DNA of 59,230 nt, filler included, from Sluysia triapertura (taxonomy: Eukaryota), in the NCBI GenBank assembly GCA_046118255.1. It is 4 parts of 4 records of this genome, joined end to end, with 100 filler letters (N's around TTAATTAATTAA, not from the genome) between each part and the next. Parts side by side here need not be neighbours in the genome. Positions count along the whole stretch, not along the records: positions 25,833 to 39,845 come from JBJNIA010009654.1; positions 39,946 to 59,230 come from JBJNIA010077604.1; 2 more parts are not named here. The stretch is one strand, 5' to 3'. The notes beneath the pieces are model-generated. The model was not told where the DNA came from. It made no database searches and saw nothing but the letters and a program-made list of their open reading frames with translations. Below are positions 25,917 through 40,073 of this stretch, piece after piece (the stretch's first letter is position 1; every line of letters starts with the position of its first letter). The position numbers and the translations under genes were made by a program.

Positions 25917-26559
25917 TTATTATTTTTATATTAGATAATTTATAACTTTATTTAACACGTTGACAAACAAGACGAATATAGCAACCATCTTAAAATTTGA
26001 TGCGTGCCATGCCCATCAACGTATTTATGCGGATTTATTGAATTTTGTTATTTAATTATCTTTACTCTCTTTATTTCAATTATTAACAGGTTTATGATTA
26101 ATTATAATTATGATTACTTTATGATTTTAAATTTGAGTTTATCGTGAATTTTTGCCTGGTTAGAAATGGAATTGCTACATTTATAGCATCTCAAATATAA
26201 TAATAGATTCTAAATTGAATTATATTACTTAAATAAAAGGATATAAACCTAGAACATACGTCACATGTAAAAACATTTTAGTATTTTAAAGATTTTAATA
26301 AAAATTCAATTATTTTTTAATTTAACATAAAGTACTGGGCTTAGCAATACTCGTGAAAGAATCCACAAAATCAACATAGTATCAATGAACAAAAATAGTC
26401 TTCCTGTAAACAAAGTTTGTGATTTAATAAGTGAATATAAAATAAAATTGTGTAATAATTCTGATGCTTATGAACGACTAATAACTATTCAATTTTCGTC
26501 ACGTAATCAGTTTCCCTCCCATCAATATTTTACTTTCTAACCAATTCAATTTAGTAATT

Positions 26560-29500
26560 TTTAGTAGTTTGGACTATGTGCTTTATTTATTAAATATTCG
26601 CCTTGGTAGATAGTCTTGGTGTATATCTTTTGGTATTCACTTTTTAGTGGATTTTCCATGTTTTATTGGTACTTATGCTTGATCCGCGATTTCTTCTGGA
26701 AGATAATTAAGTCTGAAGCGTTATTGCCTTATTTCTTCATGTTTATTTTCTAATTTCCAACACCCATCTTGTTGTTTAAAAGTGTTTTTGAGTTTGTTTG
26801 TTTATAAAGTTACTTTTTGATCATTTATTTCTATAATTGCTACAAAATTATTAATATAAATTGTCAACAATTAAAAATACCAAAGCACAACAAAATTATT
26901 GCATACTATGAATTTAATTTCCTTTTTTGTGTAACATATAAACATTCAATTATTTAACTTTTTGTTTGGATAGCACGTACCTCCATGATACAATTAATCA
27001 AAACATATTAAACATTTTCTAGATTGTTTCTATATTGTCTAACCTTTAATCATGTTTTAAAAATACTTTTGCATATTCTGTTTTTGTTTCATGTCTCAAA
27101 TTAGTTCTCTAATGTCAATGTTTTCAGTCATTTTAAACTGCTTAGAACCTATATTTTTATTCTGTCATCATTTTCTTCCCTTGGATTGCTAAAAGTGCAA
27201 TAAATACCATTTCCAATTAAACACTTAAATGTCTTAAATTATATATTTGTTTGTAAATTATTCTACATCTCAGAAGTAATTAATTGCAAATAATAGTTTC
27301 AATAAAACAACAGATTTATCTAAGTATGTCAAATATAAATTCAAAATCACTAAGAATAGTAATACAGTATCTTAAATTATCTTTATGTATTCAAGTATTT
27401 TGCTTAGAATTAAAAAACCTATACCGAAATTTATAGTATAATCCAATTTTAGAGAATTATTGTTAAAAATTATTTCGTTTCTATTAATTAAACTTACCAT
27501 TATCTGGGCCATATCCCCAATCTCCACATTCCATATTAAAATCAATATATTTAGTAATTATGTAAATTAAATTTAAGCCAAGAAAGTATATAACAGTTTA
27601 AAAATTATGTAATATTATCAGTTAGTAGTGATTCTGCTAATTATTTATTTTGTTATTGCATTTAAGGAAACTTTGCTTTATTAAATCTAATGTCGTAAAT
27701 TTGTAAACTTATTAAAATGGATTAAGGGCTTTTTTCAATGTAGTTTTTATAGTAAATTATATAAATTTTTTAGTTTTAGCTTAAATTTTAAACATTAGGA
27801 CTGAATAAGTAGTTCTTTGAGTTCTTTTTAACGTTTCAGAATGCGATTTTTTATTTAAAGATAAATTAGATACATGTTACAGAGCTCTATCAGAATTTTA
27901 AGTGAGTAATAATAAAAGATTACAACCAAGAAATGTTTCAAACAATGTTTAATGCTAATGTTATGATTAAAATAAAATCTATTATAAAATTTAATTACAG
28001 TGAAAACCAATTATACAATCTTTTAAAATTACATTAAATTTAAGAAAATTAAAATGACGCATTAAGATCGATGTATTAAAATTATGACACGTCGGGAGAG
28101 AGGATTGATCAAGACAAAGACTAATATAGATAAAAGATTCAAGAAGGTCAAAGGAGCTTACTTCTAAATTTGCATTTTGATCTTTGAGGAACAAAACATG
28201 ATTATCATTATTATCTGTGTTAGTACTCTAGGTCCATGTGGTACGGAAATAATAAATAAATAAGAAATAATGAATAATAACAAACGAATAATTCACTCAG
28301 ATTTCTTCTGGTTGCCTGTTACCAAAAATAAATAATTAGTCATGAATGATCAAATGGAAAACGTACCTCATTTCTCTGGTGTCTGCAGTGTTCTTAAAAA
28401 TAAATATTTATTATTTTGTGATGATTAATCAACACTTACTGATAGTATAAATTAAATTACTCTCAAAATACAAGTCACGAGTTCAATATTACGCGAATTG
28501 GAATTTTTACCAGGAATTACAAAGTTGTTTTGTATTTAATTATTCGATCGTTTACTTTAGTAGTCGCTTTGTTTTTGGTGTAATTATCCAACTTAGTGTG
28601 TATTCTGAATTACGATATTGAATTTGGATCCGGCATTATTCGAACAAAATCATTTTTATCTGTTGCCGAATTTTTACAATTATCAGTAAGATTTATATGA
28701 TAAGTTTTATCTCTCTTAGGAGCTACAAAATAATACGTAAATTTTCAATAACAAGTTTAGTTTAGACTAAACAAAGATCATTTTTAGAATCTTTAATTAT
28801 ATTAGAATTTATTTTCTAGTAATAACTATATATTATTTTTATTTTGAATAATTTGTTTTTTATTTTATTCTAATTGTTTATATTTTCGGTTTTTAGTGTT
28901 ATTTTGTTACACTTGGAAAAGAAAATAAACAGATTTTGTTGATCTTAGAATTGAAGCAAATAAAATTCCTATATAATATTTTTAATTATAACTTTGAATC
29001 TAGTAAGACTATTATTTGGAAACTTGATGTTTGCATGATGAAATGATGATTTTAAAAATTTAGATTTTTGAACTAAATATGTTTTTAATTGTTTAATTTT
29101 GAATAGTTTATACCGATTTATAGTTTTATAAGTTCCGAGTATTAAGTAATCTCTCAAATAATTCGATCATTAAAGAAATAAATATAATTCATGTTAAGTA
29201 AAAAGTTTATAATTAGATTAAACTTTTGGAATTTCAACGTAATATTTATACCAAGGATGGTCATCACAGTGTTTAGTAGGAAGATCTGATGAATGATGGA
29301 ATTAGCTACGGTTGGTTTTAACAATATACACGTCACATCTACCAATATTTCTATAAACATAGGTTTAGACTTAAATTTATCGTTCCAGCTATTATATGAC
29401 ATTAACTTATGTTGCCAACTTATTTCTTAATCATACTTTTTATAAGAACACACGAATTTCAACTTTAGAATCAATGAGTTTGAACTATCCATTTTGAATT

Positions 29501-31077
29501 TAAAAAAATACATAAAATTTGGTTGAACTATTTTTATTATACATAACAGAACATTTACCTTCGATGACTAGATCTTTCATTGATTGATATTTTTACTTCA
29601 CTGCATCTTATTGCTCTCCACCGTTTCAGTTCCTAAACTTGTCATCTAAAATATAAAGTGATAGAGATATAAAATCAAATCTTACATATGATGCCTGATT
29701 GTAAACAGTTTCCTTATAAACTTGCGTAGATTCATTGTACTTAGAGTTGAATTAATACTTTCATTGACTGCCAATGGCACAATTAATTGTTGGTCTGGTA
29801 GGAATAAGTTGATCCTATTAACCCGTAGTGTAATAGAACATTTTGGAATACCTTTTTCCATCTTTAAAGGTAACGATCCACTCGATTTCCGATTAACACT
29901 TTTCAACGGATTGTTCCACAATCGTAACAAATACATGAAACGTTTCTCAACTAATAAATACAATAGACTATCTGACTCTGCATCAACGTATGTAGTAAAT
30001 GGAAAAGTTGATTTACTTCCTTTTTGTTCACGATGAAATAACGGTTTATTAATTATGAAAATATTCTTTTCAAGCAATAGAATCGAATTGACTTTCTTCA
30101 TAGATAACAATGAATTATAAATTGTTAGATAAACATCCTTTGACACGTATAATTGTTTCAAGTTTATTTTGCCGATGACATAGTTTGATACATTAATCGC
30201 TAGTGATTTACAACATGTTGTTAAATGACGATCAATTTACACCAAATTTTGTTTATAATAGAACGAGGTAGATAAATTTTAACATCGCTCATAGTATCAT
30301 TTTGTAACATTAATTTAATGCATGGCATTACACAGTTTAAAACTAAATCAATTGCGTTCATTTGTATCAAGGTCGTGGCCTTCGATTGTCCTGGTTGATC
30401 GTGAAAAATAAGTGAAATGTTGTAATTTTTTGATACATCATATCCATTACAAATAATCCATGAGCTGTTGTCGAAATCTTTGTTGTTATAGCTTTCTAAG
30501 TCATCTTCCAATAGTTTCTCGTTATATAATTGTTTAGTTATGATTTAGGAACTTCGATCAGTTTTTTGTTGAACTTGTTCATCTATTAATTTTTCTCGTT
30601 GTGGTTTAGTCGATGGGATCATATTATTAGAAGATAATACTTTAGATAGAGCAGTCAAACAAGTCATTTTTGGTCGATTCTGGATAATAATTGAATCTTT
30701 TTGACTTGATCTATCAGATTCACCATTTTCACTACTACTTATTGATGGTGTTTTACTACGACTTTCAGTTTCATCTTCTTCATCACTACTTATCCAAAAT
30801 TCTTCACCGTAAAAACTATCTTCATCTAGAATGTGTGAATCTTCAACACAACTGTTCTGATTCCGTAAAATACTGTTAAAATTATCTGCTTAGAAACATG
30901 AGAAAAAATAGCTGTTTGGATCTGAGCTTTTTTGCGATTACAAAAAGATGCTATTACGTAACCATCTGAAACTTGTTCAGCTTTTTGATTTTTATCTTGA
31001 CAATTTTCATCAAACTCATTCGATTTTGGAAATACTAAATCCTTTATCAATCTCTTCGCCAACCATTTATTACTCAT
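26560..31077 (-). pseudogene. Decayed multi-exon gene; the large first exon (~29686-31077) may encode a divergent Regnase/NYN-like PIN domain
   Basis: ORF pieces 30826-31077, an acidic/Ser-rich stretch (DEDSFYGEEFWISSDEEDETESRSKTPS), 30221-30511 and 29682-30161 form one colinear protein broken by stops and frameshifts. Intact GT-AG sites include the 40-nt intron 29646-29685, donors near 29559, 28511, 28366 and 27497, and an acceptor near 26840. The last exon reads on through several in-frame TAA/TGA. Confidence 0.7.
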
Positions 31078-31499
31078 TAAATGAAAATCAGATCAATTAT
31101 CATATAATATCATATAATTATTAATTTGGACCGCCTAAGTAAGATTCACAATTTAAACAGTTAATATCAAATAATTGTGTAAAATTCTGCCAATAACAAA
31201 ATCGATATTATGGTTTTAAAAATTCTATTCTTTAGCTTACCCAATCAGAGTCTCAGAAAGAATATTTAATAGTACGAACTCTGATTTGGTGGTGTGCAAA
31301 AAGTATTGGTGCTAAATCAAGACCGATACAACTGATGATTGACCAAAATCAGTGTTGGCACTTTAATGAAAAATGTAACGTATAGTGTCAACACTGGTGA
31401 TGATAGCAACCAGGTTGATCGTCATTAAATGAAAATATTAGTATTGTAATGAATTGATAATAATAATAACAATAATATTGCCATTATTATTATTGGGAA

Positions 31500-32361
31500 T
31501 AAAACACATAAATCTTGTCTTTAATAAAAATTGCATGACCTTTTCTTTCGAAATCTAGTATTTCTTACATATGTAAAGTAAAATGAAAAGTGAAAACTAT
31601 TGGTGTTACGAGAATGAGCAACGGTAATGTGGTATACAATACTTCAGTTGTCGTTACTGCTTGATTATAAGGAAATAAATTCTTTAAAGCTGTATTAAAT
31701 TTGTTCAGAATTCTTGAAGTTAAATTGTAAGTGAAATGAAGAATGTTAGAATAAATTCTTGAGACTTATTGAAGGTTTGTGATTGAAAACAAGATTTATG
31801 CATTGAATATAATGGTTTGAAAGGTTTGTTAGAAGGTTATAGTTTAAAAAAAATTACAAAATAAATCTTTGCGTATTGATGGTGTTGTTGTAAAATGTTG
31901 ATAATGATTATGTGTGGATGAAATGAGTTTGCCTTTGTGTAATTGATTCGAGGTTGTAACATAATGTTTTCTATGTTTTAGGTGTTTGTTAGTGTTGTTG
32001 AGTGGTGTTAATGTATTTGTGATTTACGTATTATGTGTTATGCTTGTGATTTAGTTTGACAGAATAACTATTGAGTGAATGTTATGGATTATTCAGTATT
32101 AATTCTCAAAGTATAGTGTGAGGTGAATAATTGAGAGTATTAGGCGAATTGTTCGAGAAGTATATGTCGTTGAAATATTATAAATGTCGAATATTGTTTA
32201 TGATTAATCAGTTAATCTAATTCGATAGTATGGAATGTGATTGATTAAGATGGTATGTTTTTTGTGAACTAGTTGTTATAATTTGATAATGTTGAGTGTG
32301 ATTGTGATTTGAGTGTTGTAATGTTTTAGTGAATTTTGAATTATGGGTGTTGACCACTACA
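31500..32361 (-). repeat. Dispersed repeat family B, copy 3
   Basis: Terminus TGTAGTGGTCAACACCC on the minus strand, and the distal motif acataaatcttgtcttt shared with the 7100-7759 copy. Confidence 0.6.
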
Positions 32362-32958
32362 AATGTAATAAATAATTTTTATAAATTAAATTTGACATTC
32401 TTATATTTTAAAAGGTGTTAAATTAAAAAGCTTTTTAAAAATGCCTAAGACTTCTTAGTAATTTCATTATTTTATAATTACATTAGTTCGACAATAAATA
32501 AATTAGTACGGGGTGAGGTATTAAACAATAAATAAATAAATTATAATTGTTATAATTACTTCCTTTAAAAAAGTGACAAAACTATAATTAATTAAATCTT
32601 TACAAATAGATTTTATTGATATTCATTGATATTTATTCAATTAAAATGTGAAAAATTAATTCTGAACTCATTTTGATCATTTTTGTTAAGAATTGATTTT
32701 AATAATGCAGATATAGTCAAGTGTTACTGTATTATTTAAAAAACGGTTCAACATAGAGCAAATTCCATCTAATAGTACATGAAAGTTGAACTTCCTTCAT
32801 CATATAGAGTCAGTGAATTGTTAACAGAAATGAGTCATTTTTGAATATTTTGTATTTTAGATTTTTGGCGAATTTGTTTTTAACCTAAGTTTTGTTTAAT
32901 ACTTTCAATTGTTTCAAATGTTATTGGTTTAAATTTTAATTTATATTTTTAAATCCAA

Positions 32959-33441
32959 CCTCGTTTCCCCGAAAATAAGAATTAAAAATTTCAGGATGAT
33001 TTAATTTAAGATATACCATAAAATAGCCGATTAAGATACCTAATAAAAGTCAATGAATGGCTGAGACGGCATTCGTTAGCATATTCTTCTGCATTTAAAG
33101 TACAATTAGGTCTAAATTACAATACATTTTCAAATACTTTCATTGTCAGAGCATTTTGGTTCATTTCCTAACTGTAGCTGAATATAACAAGATTCTGATT
33201 GTGATTCACTTTCAGACAATCTTTCAAGTAAGTATTAGTCGCACAATATCCATAATAATGACTTAAAATAATAATTTTTAAACAAACCGCGTTATTTATT
33301 AGAAAATATTTAGAAATTTCATAATTCTCTAACTTAGTTTTTCGGTAGATGAAAATAGGACAGCCCCTAAAAATAAGCCCTTTGGTCACATTTTAGAGTG
33401 AAGATTAATGTAAGCCCTACTTTATTTTAGGGGAAATGCGA
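32959..33441. mobile_element. Degenerate pogo/Tc2-like MITE
   Basis: Inverted termini TTTCCCCGAAAATAA (left) and TTATTTTAGGGGAAA (right), with repeated taagccct subterminal motifs. Confidence 0.5.
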
Positions 33442-35028
33442 TAATTATATTTTTATTATTCCTAGATTTACATTTTATTTAAAATTATTAAAAACTTTTG
33501 AAATTGATTATTTTTAAATATATCATTTTTTGTTTCAGTTAAAAATGTTCATTATTTATATAAATCATTAAACATTAAAAATAATTTAATATTTATGACA
33601 AAATAACAAATATTATTTCTGTTCAAATTTTATAATTGATTTTATAATATATAATACATATGCAAATTTAATGTAAATTTAATGTTTATATTAAAATACA
33701 ATTTAAATAAAATATCGCTTAAATGGTTTAATGTTTTAATGTTTTAAATGGTTTCATTGATTAAATAAGTAAGATAAAATTGATTTTGTTCGTAGAAACC
33801 TTTTTTGAACTAGATCGCAACATTTATAAAATTTTAATTTAAACATAGTGTAAATATAACTGATAAATTTATGTGTCATTGATTGAAACATAAAATTCCC
33901 AAAAATTATTAATTTAAATTTAATATAATATTAATTTTATTTGCCTTAAAGCAAAAATAAAAATTATACAAAAATTAAAATAAATAAATTTTAATAAATA
34001 CGTTTAATATTATTTTAAATTTTACTATTGTAATTTAAAAGTTTTTTGATTTTGTATTATTTCTTAGAATAACTTTTTTCTGTGAAATTCATATTGTTAA
34101 AAATCAAACATCTCTTACTAAAATAAACAAAATAAAATTAAAAAAAACAAAATTGATGCTAAATTTATCATTTGATTATTATAAAAATATTAATAACAAT
34201 GACTATTAAAAGATGAACAATTTGTACCATTATTTTATGAAGTCAGACGTTAAATAAACCAAATGAATATTAATTTTGTAATTCAATTCTAATTCTTTTT
34301 GAAAGTATCTGTAACATAATCAACTTGATATAAAACAAGAATACTCTAAAGCATTTTTATCATCATAGCATTTATTTTGTCATAAGAAAATCAGTGAATT
34401 ATGAATCACAATTATTATATTACAAAATCCATCTTGCATGATAATTAACATTACAATAATAATGACTACGATAAAAGTAATCTTAATAAGTGACAGAAAT
34501 AAGATTAATGTAGCTTAATCATCACATTAGAAATCGTTAAAACAAACCAGTAAATTTAAATAATATTAATTATTATTAAAATAAATTATTTATTAAATTA
34601 TTAATAAATATTACATTTTGTACATTAAATGTAATCCTACAAAAATTTATATTTATTTGTCATTAGCTTTCAAAATTTATTTATTTTAATTTAAAATTTA
34701 AATAATTTTCATTCAGAGATTTTAATTCCATCATATATATGTATATGTAAGTATATTTGCGAAATAAGTTATTATAAAATAATACTTTAATTGATGCCCT
34801 TATGTTGAAATGTTTATTAATTTTTCTATTTAATAATTTCTTAATAAATTTATCATCATCGACGTATGTTCATCATCTACTTACAATTTTTATAATGATA
34901 ATTTTTTACAACAAAAACTTTTTAATTACAACTTATTAACATTTAAAAAATAATTATTTTATTTTATCAATAATTTAATTTAATAATTTAAACTTTTATG
35001 GGCATTTTATTATCTCTCACAGAACTAT

Positions 35029-35157
35029 AGTAAAATTAATTATAATTATAAGTTAAAGATAATAAAATAAAAATATAACTGTTATATTATGTATTAAGAA
35101 AAGTAAAATTAATTATAATTATAAGTTAAAGATAATAAAATAAAAATATAATTGTTA
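35029..35157 (+). repeat. Local tandem duplication (56-bp unit, period 73)
   Basis: 35029-35084 and 35102-35157 differ at one position. Confidence 0.9.
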
Positions 35158-36936
35158 AGAAAATATATTTACTTTATTATATTTTGCATTTAGATAAAAT
35201 ATTTCTAAATATATTTCAATTATCAAAAAATATATTATTATTTCAATTATTTCAATAACCAAAAAAATATATTAAGCTGTTACTTAAAAATTGTCCCTTT
35301 TTATTATTGTTTATTTTCTGTCTTAAATTCATCGTAATAAAATATTTCTTATATACGCTTTATATGCAACTTTAAATTAAAATTTCATTTTATTACAAGA
35401 ATGAAAAATATTGTTTATTAAATTTATAAATTCAATAAAATTACAAAAAATAAATATTTTAAAAATAATAAACAATATTATATTTGTTTATTACATATTT
35501 CTTGAATTAACAAAAATACTATTAATCAATAACACTTAAAAAATCAATAACGTTAATTCTTTTTAGTTTCAGTATTGATGAAAAGAAACTTTGCAAAAAT
35601 AATCAAAACAAAAATTCATTTTATATTTATAATTATAATGTTTATTATATAAAAATATAAATACAATTGATATTTTAAATAAGTAGCATGTTTTGTAAAA
35701 CTTTAATTTATATTTTTTTTTGTTTACATTTTATTTTCTATTTAAATATAAGGAAAACCAATTTTTGTGCAATATCCTCATTAAATTTATTATGAAGTTA
35801 AATTAACATATTAATTAATTTTGATGTAATCGATCAAGTAATATTTTTTAATAAAAGATAAAACAATGTTTTAAATACAAAAGCGTCAAAAATTTTTATT
35901 TTAAATATTTTTAACAGATAATTCAAAAGACGTATTTTGGCCTCATTATGGGATAAATGTTTATAAGAAACACAGAACTGGCTATCCTGTTGAAATTCGA
36001 AGAGAGAAAAAGGAAACTTTTGAAAAGATGACAGATATATTGTAACTAAACATATTTCTTGACTCAAATGATGTGAAATGTGGTCGCTATAATCTTGTAT
36101 TGTTCGATTGATCTTCTTTATTAGATAACATAATTATTGAAGGTAAGACTTTTATTCCTTTATATTTTGAAACTAAGCAACAATCTAAAAGTGAAAAGAG
36201 AGACAGAAAAAATAAGGTACTTTTTGTAGCTAGAAATTTATTAGTAATCTTCTTTAGACAACGCAAATGCAAATTACAACTTGTTCAAAAAGCCAATAAT
36301 AAATTACTAAATTTGTAACATACATTTCTTAAATGCATACAGCACTAATGACAATGTAAACATAAATTATACAATCTCGATTTAGTTAAATCGTATTTTC
36401 ATCTTTTGAGATTATCAAATAATAACTTTCAAATTATTTCAAATCTGTAGATGAATTGAAAGAGAAATTGTCAAATATCTTTTTTGGGATTTCAAACATT
36501 CTGGCAAAAACAAACCTATAGAGATGTGTCATTTCTCAAATACATTTTATTGGCTATGTTTCTTTATTTTCTAATCTAATGAAAAGACTTAGTGAACACA
36601 CTATCATTAAATACTTTTCTTGTAATTTTGTTTTAAATTATTTCATTAAAATTGTTGATTTAGAGCTAATTATGTTTAAATTATTACTTTCATTAATTTA
36701 GTATCTTTATTTGGTTCTTTATATTGAACAAATAAAAATCCTTTTTAAGTTTATTTCATTTTTAGATTTCAAAAATTAAAATCTGTTAAAATTAATCATT
36801 GTAAAGTTTGTGTAAATAATTAAAGGGTTGAAAAGTAATAATAATTGTTTTTATTTTAACAATTGATTAATGAAATACTTTGTTGTTAATTTTTTAATAA
36901 GGTTATTCAATATGGTATCATAAAGATCTTGCAATG

Positions 36937-36976
<40 letters not shown>

Positions 36977-37061
36977 TTTTATATCATACAAAATATTATT
37001 TCATTATTAATATTATTAATATTAATAATATTATTAAAATATTATTAAAAGTAAAGCATAC

Positions 37062-37157
37062 TTTCTTGAGATAACGATATTAACTGAGTGAGAGAAAGGC
37101 ATGAGGGTTTATCGAGATTATTCAATGATTGATCCATGATTTCTGTGATTTTTCCAA
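37062..37157 (-). CDS. Orphan 96-nt symmetric exon candidate
   Basis: tttcag acceptor, gtatgc donor, and an open phase1/phase1 frame GKITEIMDQSLNNLDKPSCLSLTQLISLSQE. It is a GC-richer island in extreme AT sequence. Confidence 0.45.
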
Positions 37158-39845
37158 CTGAAATTAGACAATTTTTTTTAATTAATTATATTTTTATATA
37201 AACTATAACAAATAAATACTAATAATTAATAATAATCTAATCAAATTTTGATTAAATAATAAAATAATAATAATTAATAATGTAATTTTTACATGGATTA
37301 TTAAGAAATGAAAAATAGATTAAAATCGAACCTAATGGAACACATTGAATTAAAATAATATAATATTATTATTAAAATAATAATTAAAATATTAGAAAAA
37401 TTAAAAGTTTAATAAATGATTTGGAATGTATTTACATTGAACAAGTGTCCTTTACAAATCGTTTATAATAATAATAATTTTTAATAATTTAAATAATTTT
37501 AATAATATCAAAAAATTAAAGTAGTGTCGAAAATCATTTTAAAAAAGAAACTTTTTTTGTTAGAATTTTATATAATTTAAATTTTAATATTAAAATCAAT
37601 TAACCAATCTAATATCATTGTTTTATTTATGTTAATCTTTCATTTATCAAATAAACAAGAAGTAAATAAATGAAGCAAATAAAAGATTATATCGAAACAT
37701 AATTATCTTATAAATTAAAGTGCATCTGTTACTATAAAATGACAGACAATAAAGAAACAGATATTTAATATTTTTTATTATGTTAACATTAAAAGAAATG
37801 ATAAAATATCTACATTCGTTTGTTATACTTTGATAAAACGAATGAATAAGGCTGAATTTCTGTTTTAATATGTGAACATTTTCAAAACCGAGAAGCTGAA
37901 ATTTGTGTAAAATTATAGCTCTACTTTTATCTAAGTATAATTGAAAAATATTGTTTTATAAAACTGTAGTGATTCTAACTTTCTTACAGCATTGCAATGT
38001 ATTAATAAATCCATTAAACAATAAAAAATAAAATCATAATTAATTATTAATAATCTTACTTTCTTCTATGTACTTTCGCACTGATATTAATTATATATCA
38101 TTAAATTATTTTATATTAAATATTAAATCAAATAATTATTATTAAGAATAAAGTTTTATGACTGTAGATTTTTAAATTATATCACTAAAGATCAACTTAT
38201 TAAGTTTGACAGTATTTTGAAAATAGTCTGTTTATATTCGAAACGATTTAAGTTTAATATTAATAAACGCTTTTTTGTTTGTTTTCTTTTGATTTGGCCA
38301 GGTATAATTTCTACCTAAAATTGAGACAATGTAGAGTTTTGGTCAATCTTAAGTATACATTTTATTTCATCAAATGTCTTAAGTCCATAAAAGTAACAAA
38401 CATTTTTTTATCATTACTTTTTATTATCACAAATTAAGCAATTATTTCTTAATTGCGCCATCTTGATTTATTAATCGTTAACTATAATTTTAATTTCAAA
38501 CATTAAAATTAAAATAACAATATTTGATTAATTAACATGAGGCTATATTTTATTAATATTACTTCATCCATATAAGCAATTAGAACTTATAGAAATGAAA
38601 CAAAGGAAAAATGTCTTTCTGAAGAATATTAAGTCAGAAAAATATAATGAAGTCAGACAAAACATGTAGTAACATCACCAAAGGGCTCAGAAAGTTTTTC
38701 AAAATATGGCATGCTAAATATTATGATCTGAGATTAAATATTTTTTAATCAAATAAATCATTTTAATTAGGATTTTTTAAAAATCATTTTGACTTGATTC
38801 TTATGCTTTTAAAAACTTTTAAAAATAATGAATATTTAATTAGAAATTTATTTTAGATATTTGTTGCAAACTATGAACTGAAAAACGCATTTTGAAAAGT
38901 GGAAAATTAACTTTCCAGATTAGCATTAGTTAAGATTGGCCTAAATCTATTGAATGTTGTGTTTTCAAGATCAATTATGATAGGCGAAAGATTCAAAGTT
39001 TTATTTGCAGTTTGTAGTAGTCAAAAATGAGATAATTTGAATTAGTCGATCCATAATTGACATGAATTTTCTGTAGAAGCACTTTCTTTTTAGGAGCTAA
39101 GTTAGCGCTATTGCTTACACATTTTTATAAAGTTTTGCTGGAAAACCATCAGTTTTTCAATTTTCTTTAGTAGTTACAAATTGGAGAATCATTTTAATAA
39201 CCAATTTTAAAAAGAGTAAAGCTACAATTTAATCTAATTAAAACTGTGGAAAATCTATCGCTGAACTCGCTGCAGTGAAGATTGTACCTGACAAATTCTG
39301 TGGTTAAAATGTGTGCATTTGTTTGTGTATAATTCCTTTTATATCCAATGAAAAATTCAATTTTTCAAAGTAAAATAAAAATGTTTTATAAGTAGATCAT
39401 TAATTATTTCAATTGAAAAATAAAGAAAACTAAACGATGAATTTACTGAAGAATGTATTTGTCTTTAAATAAAATAATCGAAAAGTTTTTGCATAATAAA
39501 AGTGAAAATGTTTAGTAAAATATAAATTATGATGTATTGTTTGTAACTTATTTGGTTTAAGAAGGAATTAAGACCAGTAGAAAAATTTATTTATCACAAA
39601 CAATGAATAAAAAATTATTGGTGTTTATCATAAACATTGTCAAAAGTTATTTCATATCTTTAGAAATTGTTGTTCACATTTTTCTTTTATGCAATTTTGC
39701 TTTTACAGAGACATGAATATAGATGGGGTACAATTTTATTATCTTATTTTGTATATATAGATCATAAAAATTTTAGAGATTTGTATTTTTTAATATTTAA
39801 GTTGCATACATTGCCAAAACGGAGATCATTTTCAGACATTGTTTG

Positions 39846-39945
39846 NNNNNNNNNNNNNNNNNNNNNNNNNNNNNNNNNNNNNNNNNNNNTTAATTAATTA
39901 ANNNNNNNNNNNNNNNNNNNNNNNNNNNNNNNNNNNNNNNNNNNN
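39846..39945. other. Assembly gap with artificial linker
   Basis: 44 N + TTAATTAATTAA + 44 N. Confidence 0.98.
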
Positions 39946-40005
39946 TCTAAAAATAAAAGTACTACAGGTGGTCAAGTACTTCTATACTACATATTACTTC
40001 TATAC

Positions 40006-40073
40006 CAGTGGTGTCAAAGTGGCGGCCCACGGGCCGCTTGCGGCCCGTAAAGCAAAAAGGTTTGACACCACTG
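40006..40073. mobile_element. 68-bp hAT (Buster/Charlie-type) MITE
   Basis: Perfect 13-bp TIR CAGTGGTGTCAAA / TTTGACACCACTG and repeated GCGGCCC subterminal motifs. The 8-bp flanks ttcTAtac / attTAaac share a central TA (5/8 identical). Confidence 0.82.

Noticed and set aside
26560-26840. Alternative genetic code (TAA read as Gln) to explain in-frame stops
   Set aside because: The intact TASK, TPD52 and CDYL exons use CAA/CAG with no internal TAA, and the same locus also has frameshifts, so ordinary decay explains it.
29722-30036. Plus-strand 104-aa ORF, and similar ORFs 800-1003, 3259-3507, 30691-30879, 50580-50927
   Set aside because: Antisense shadows of coding or pseudo-coding sequence on the other strand.
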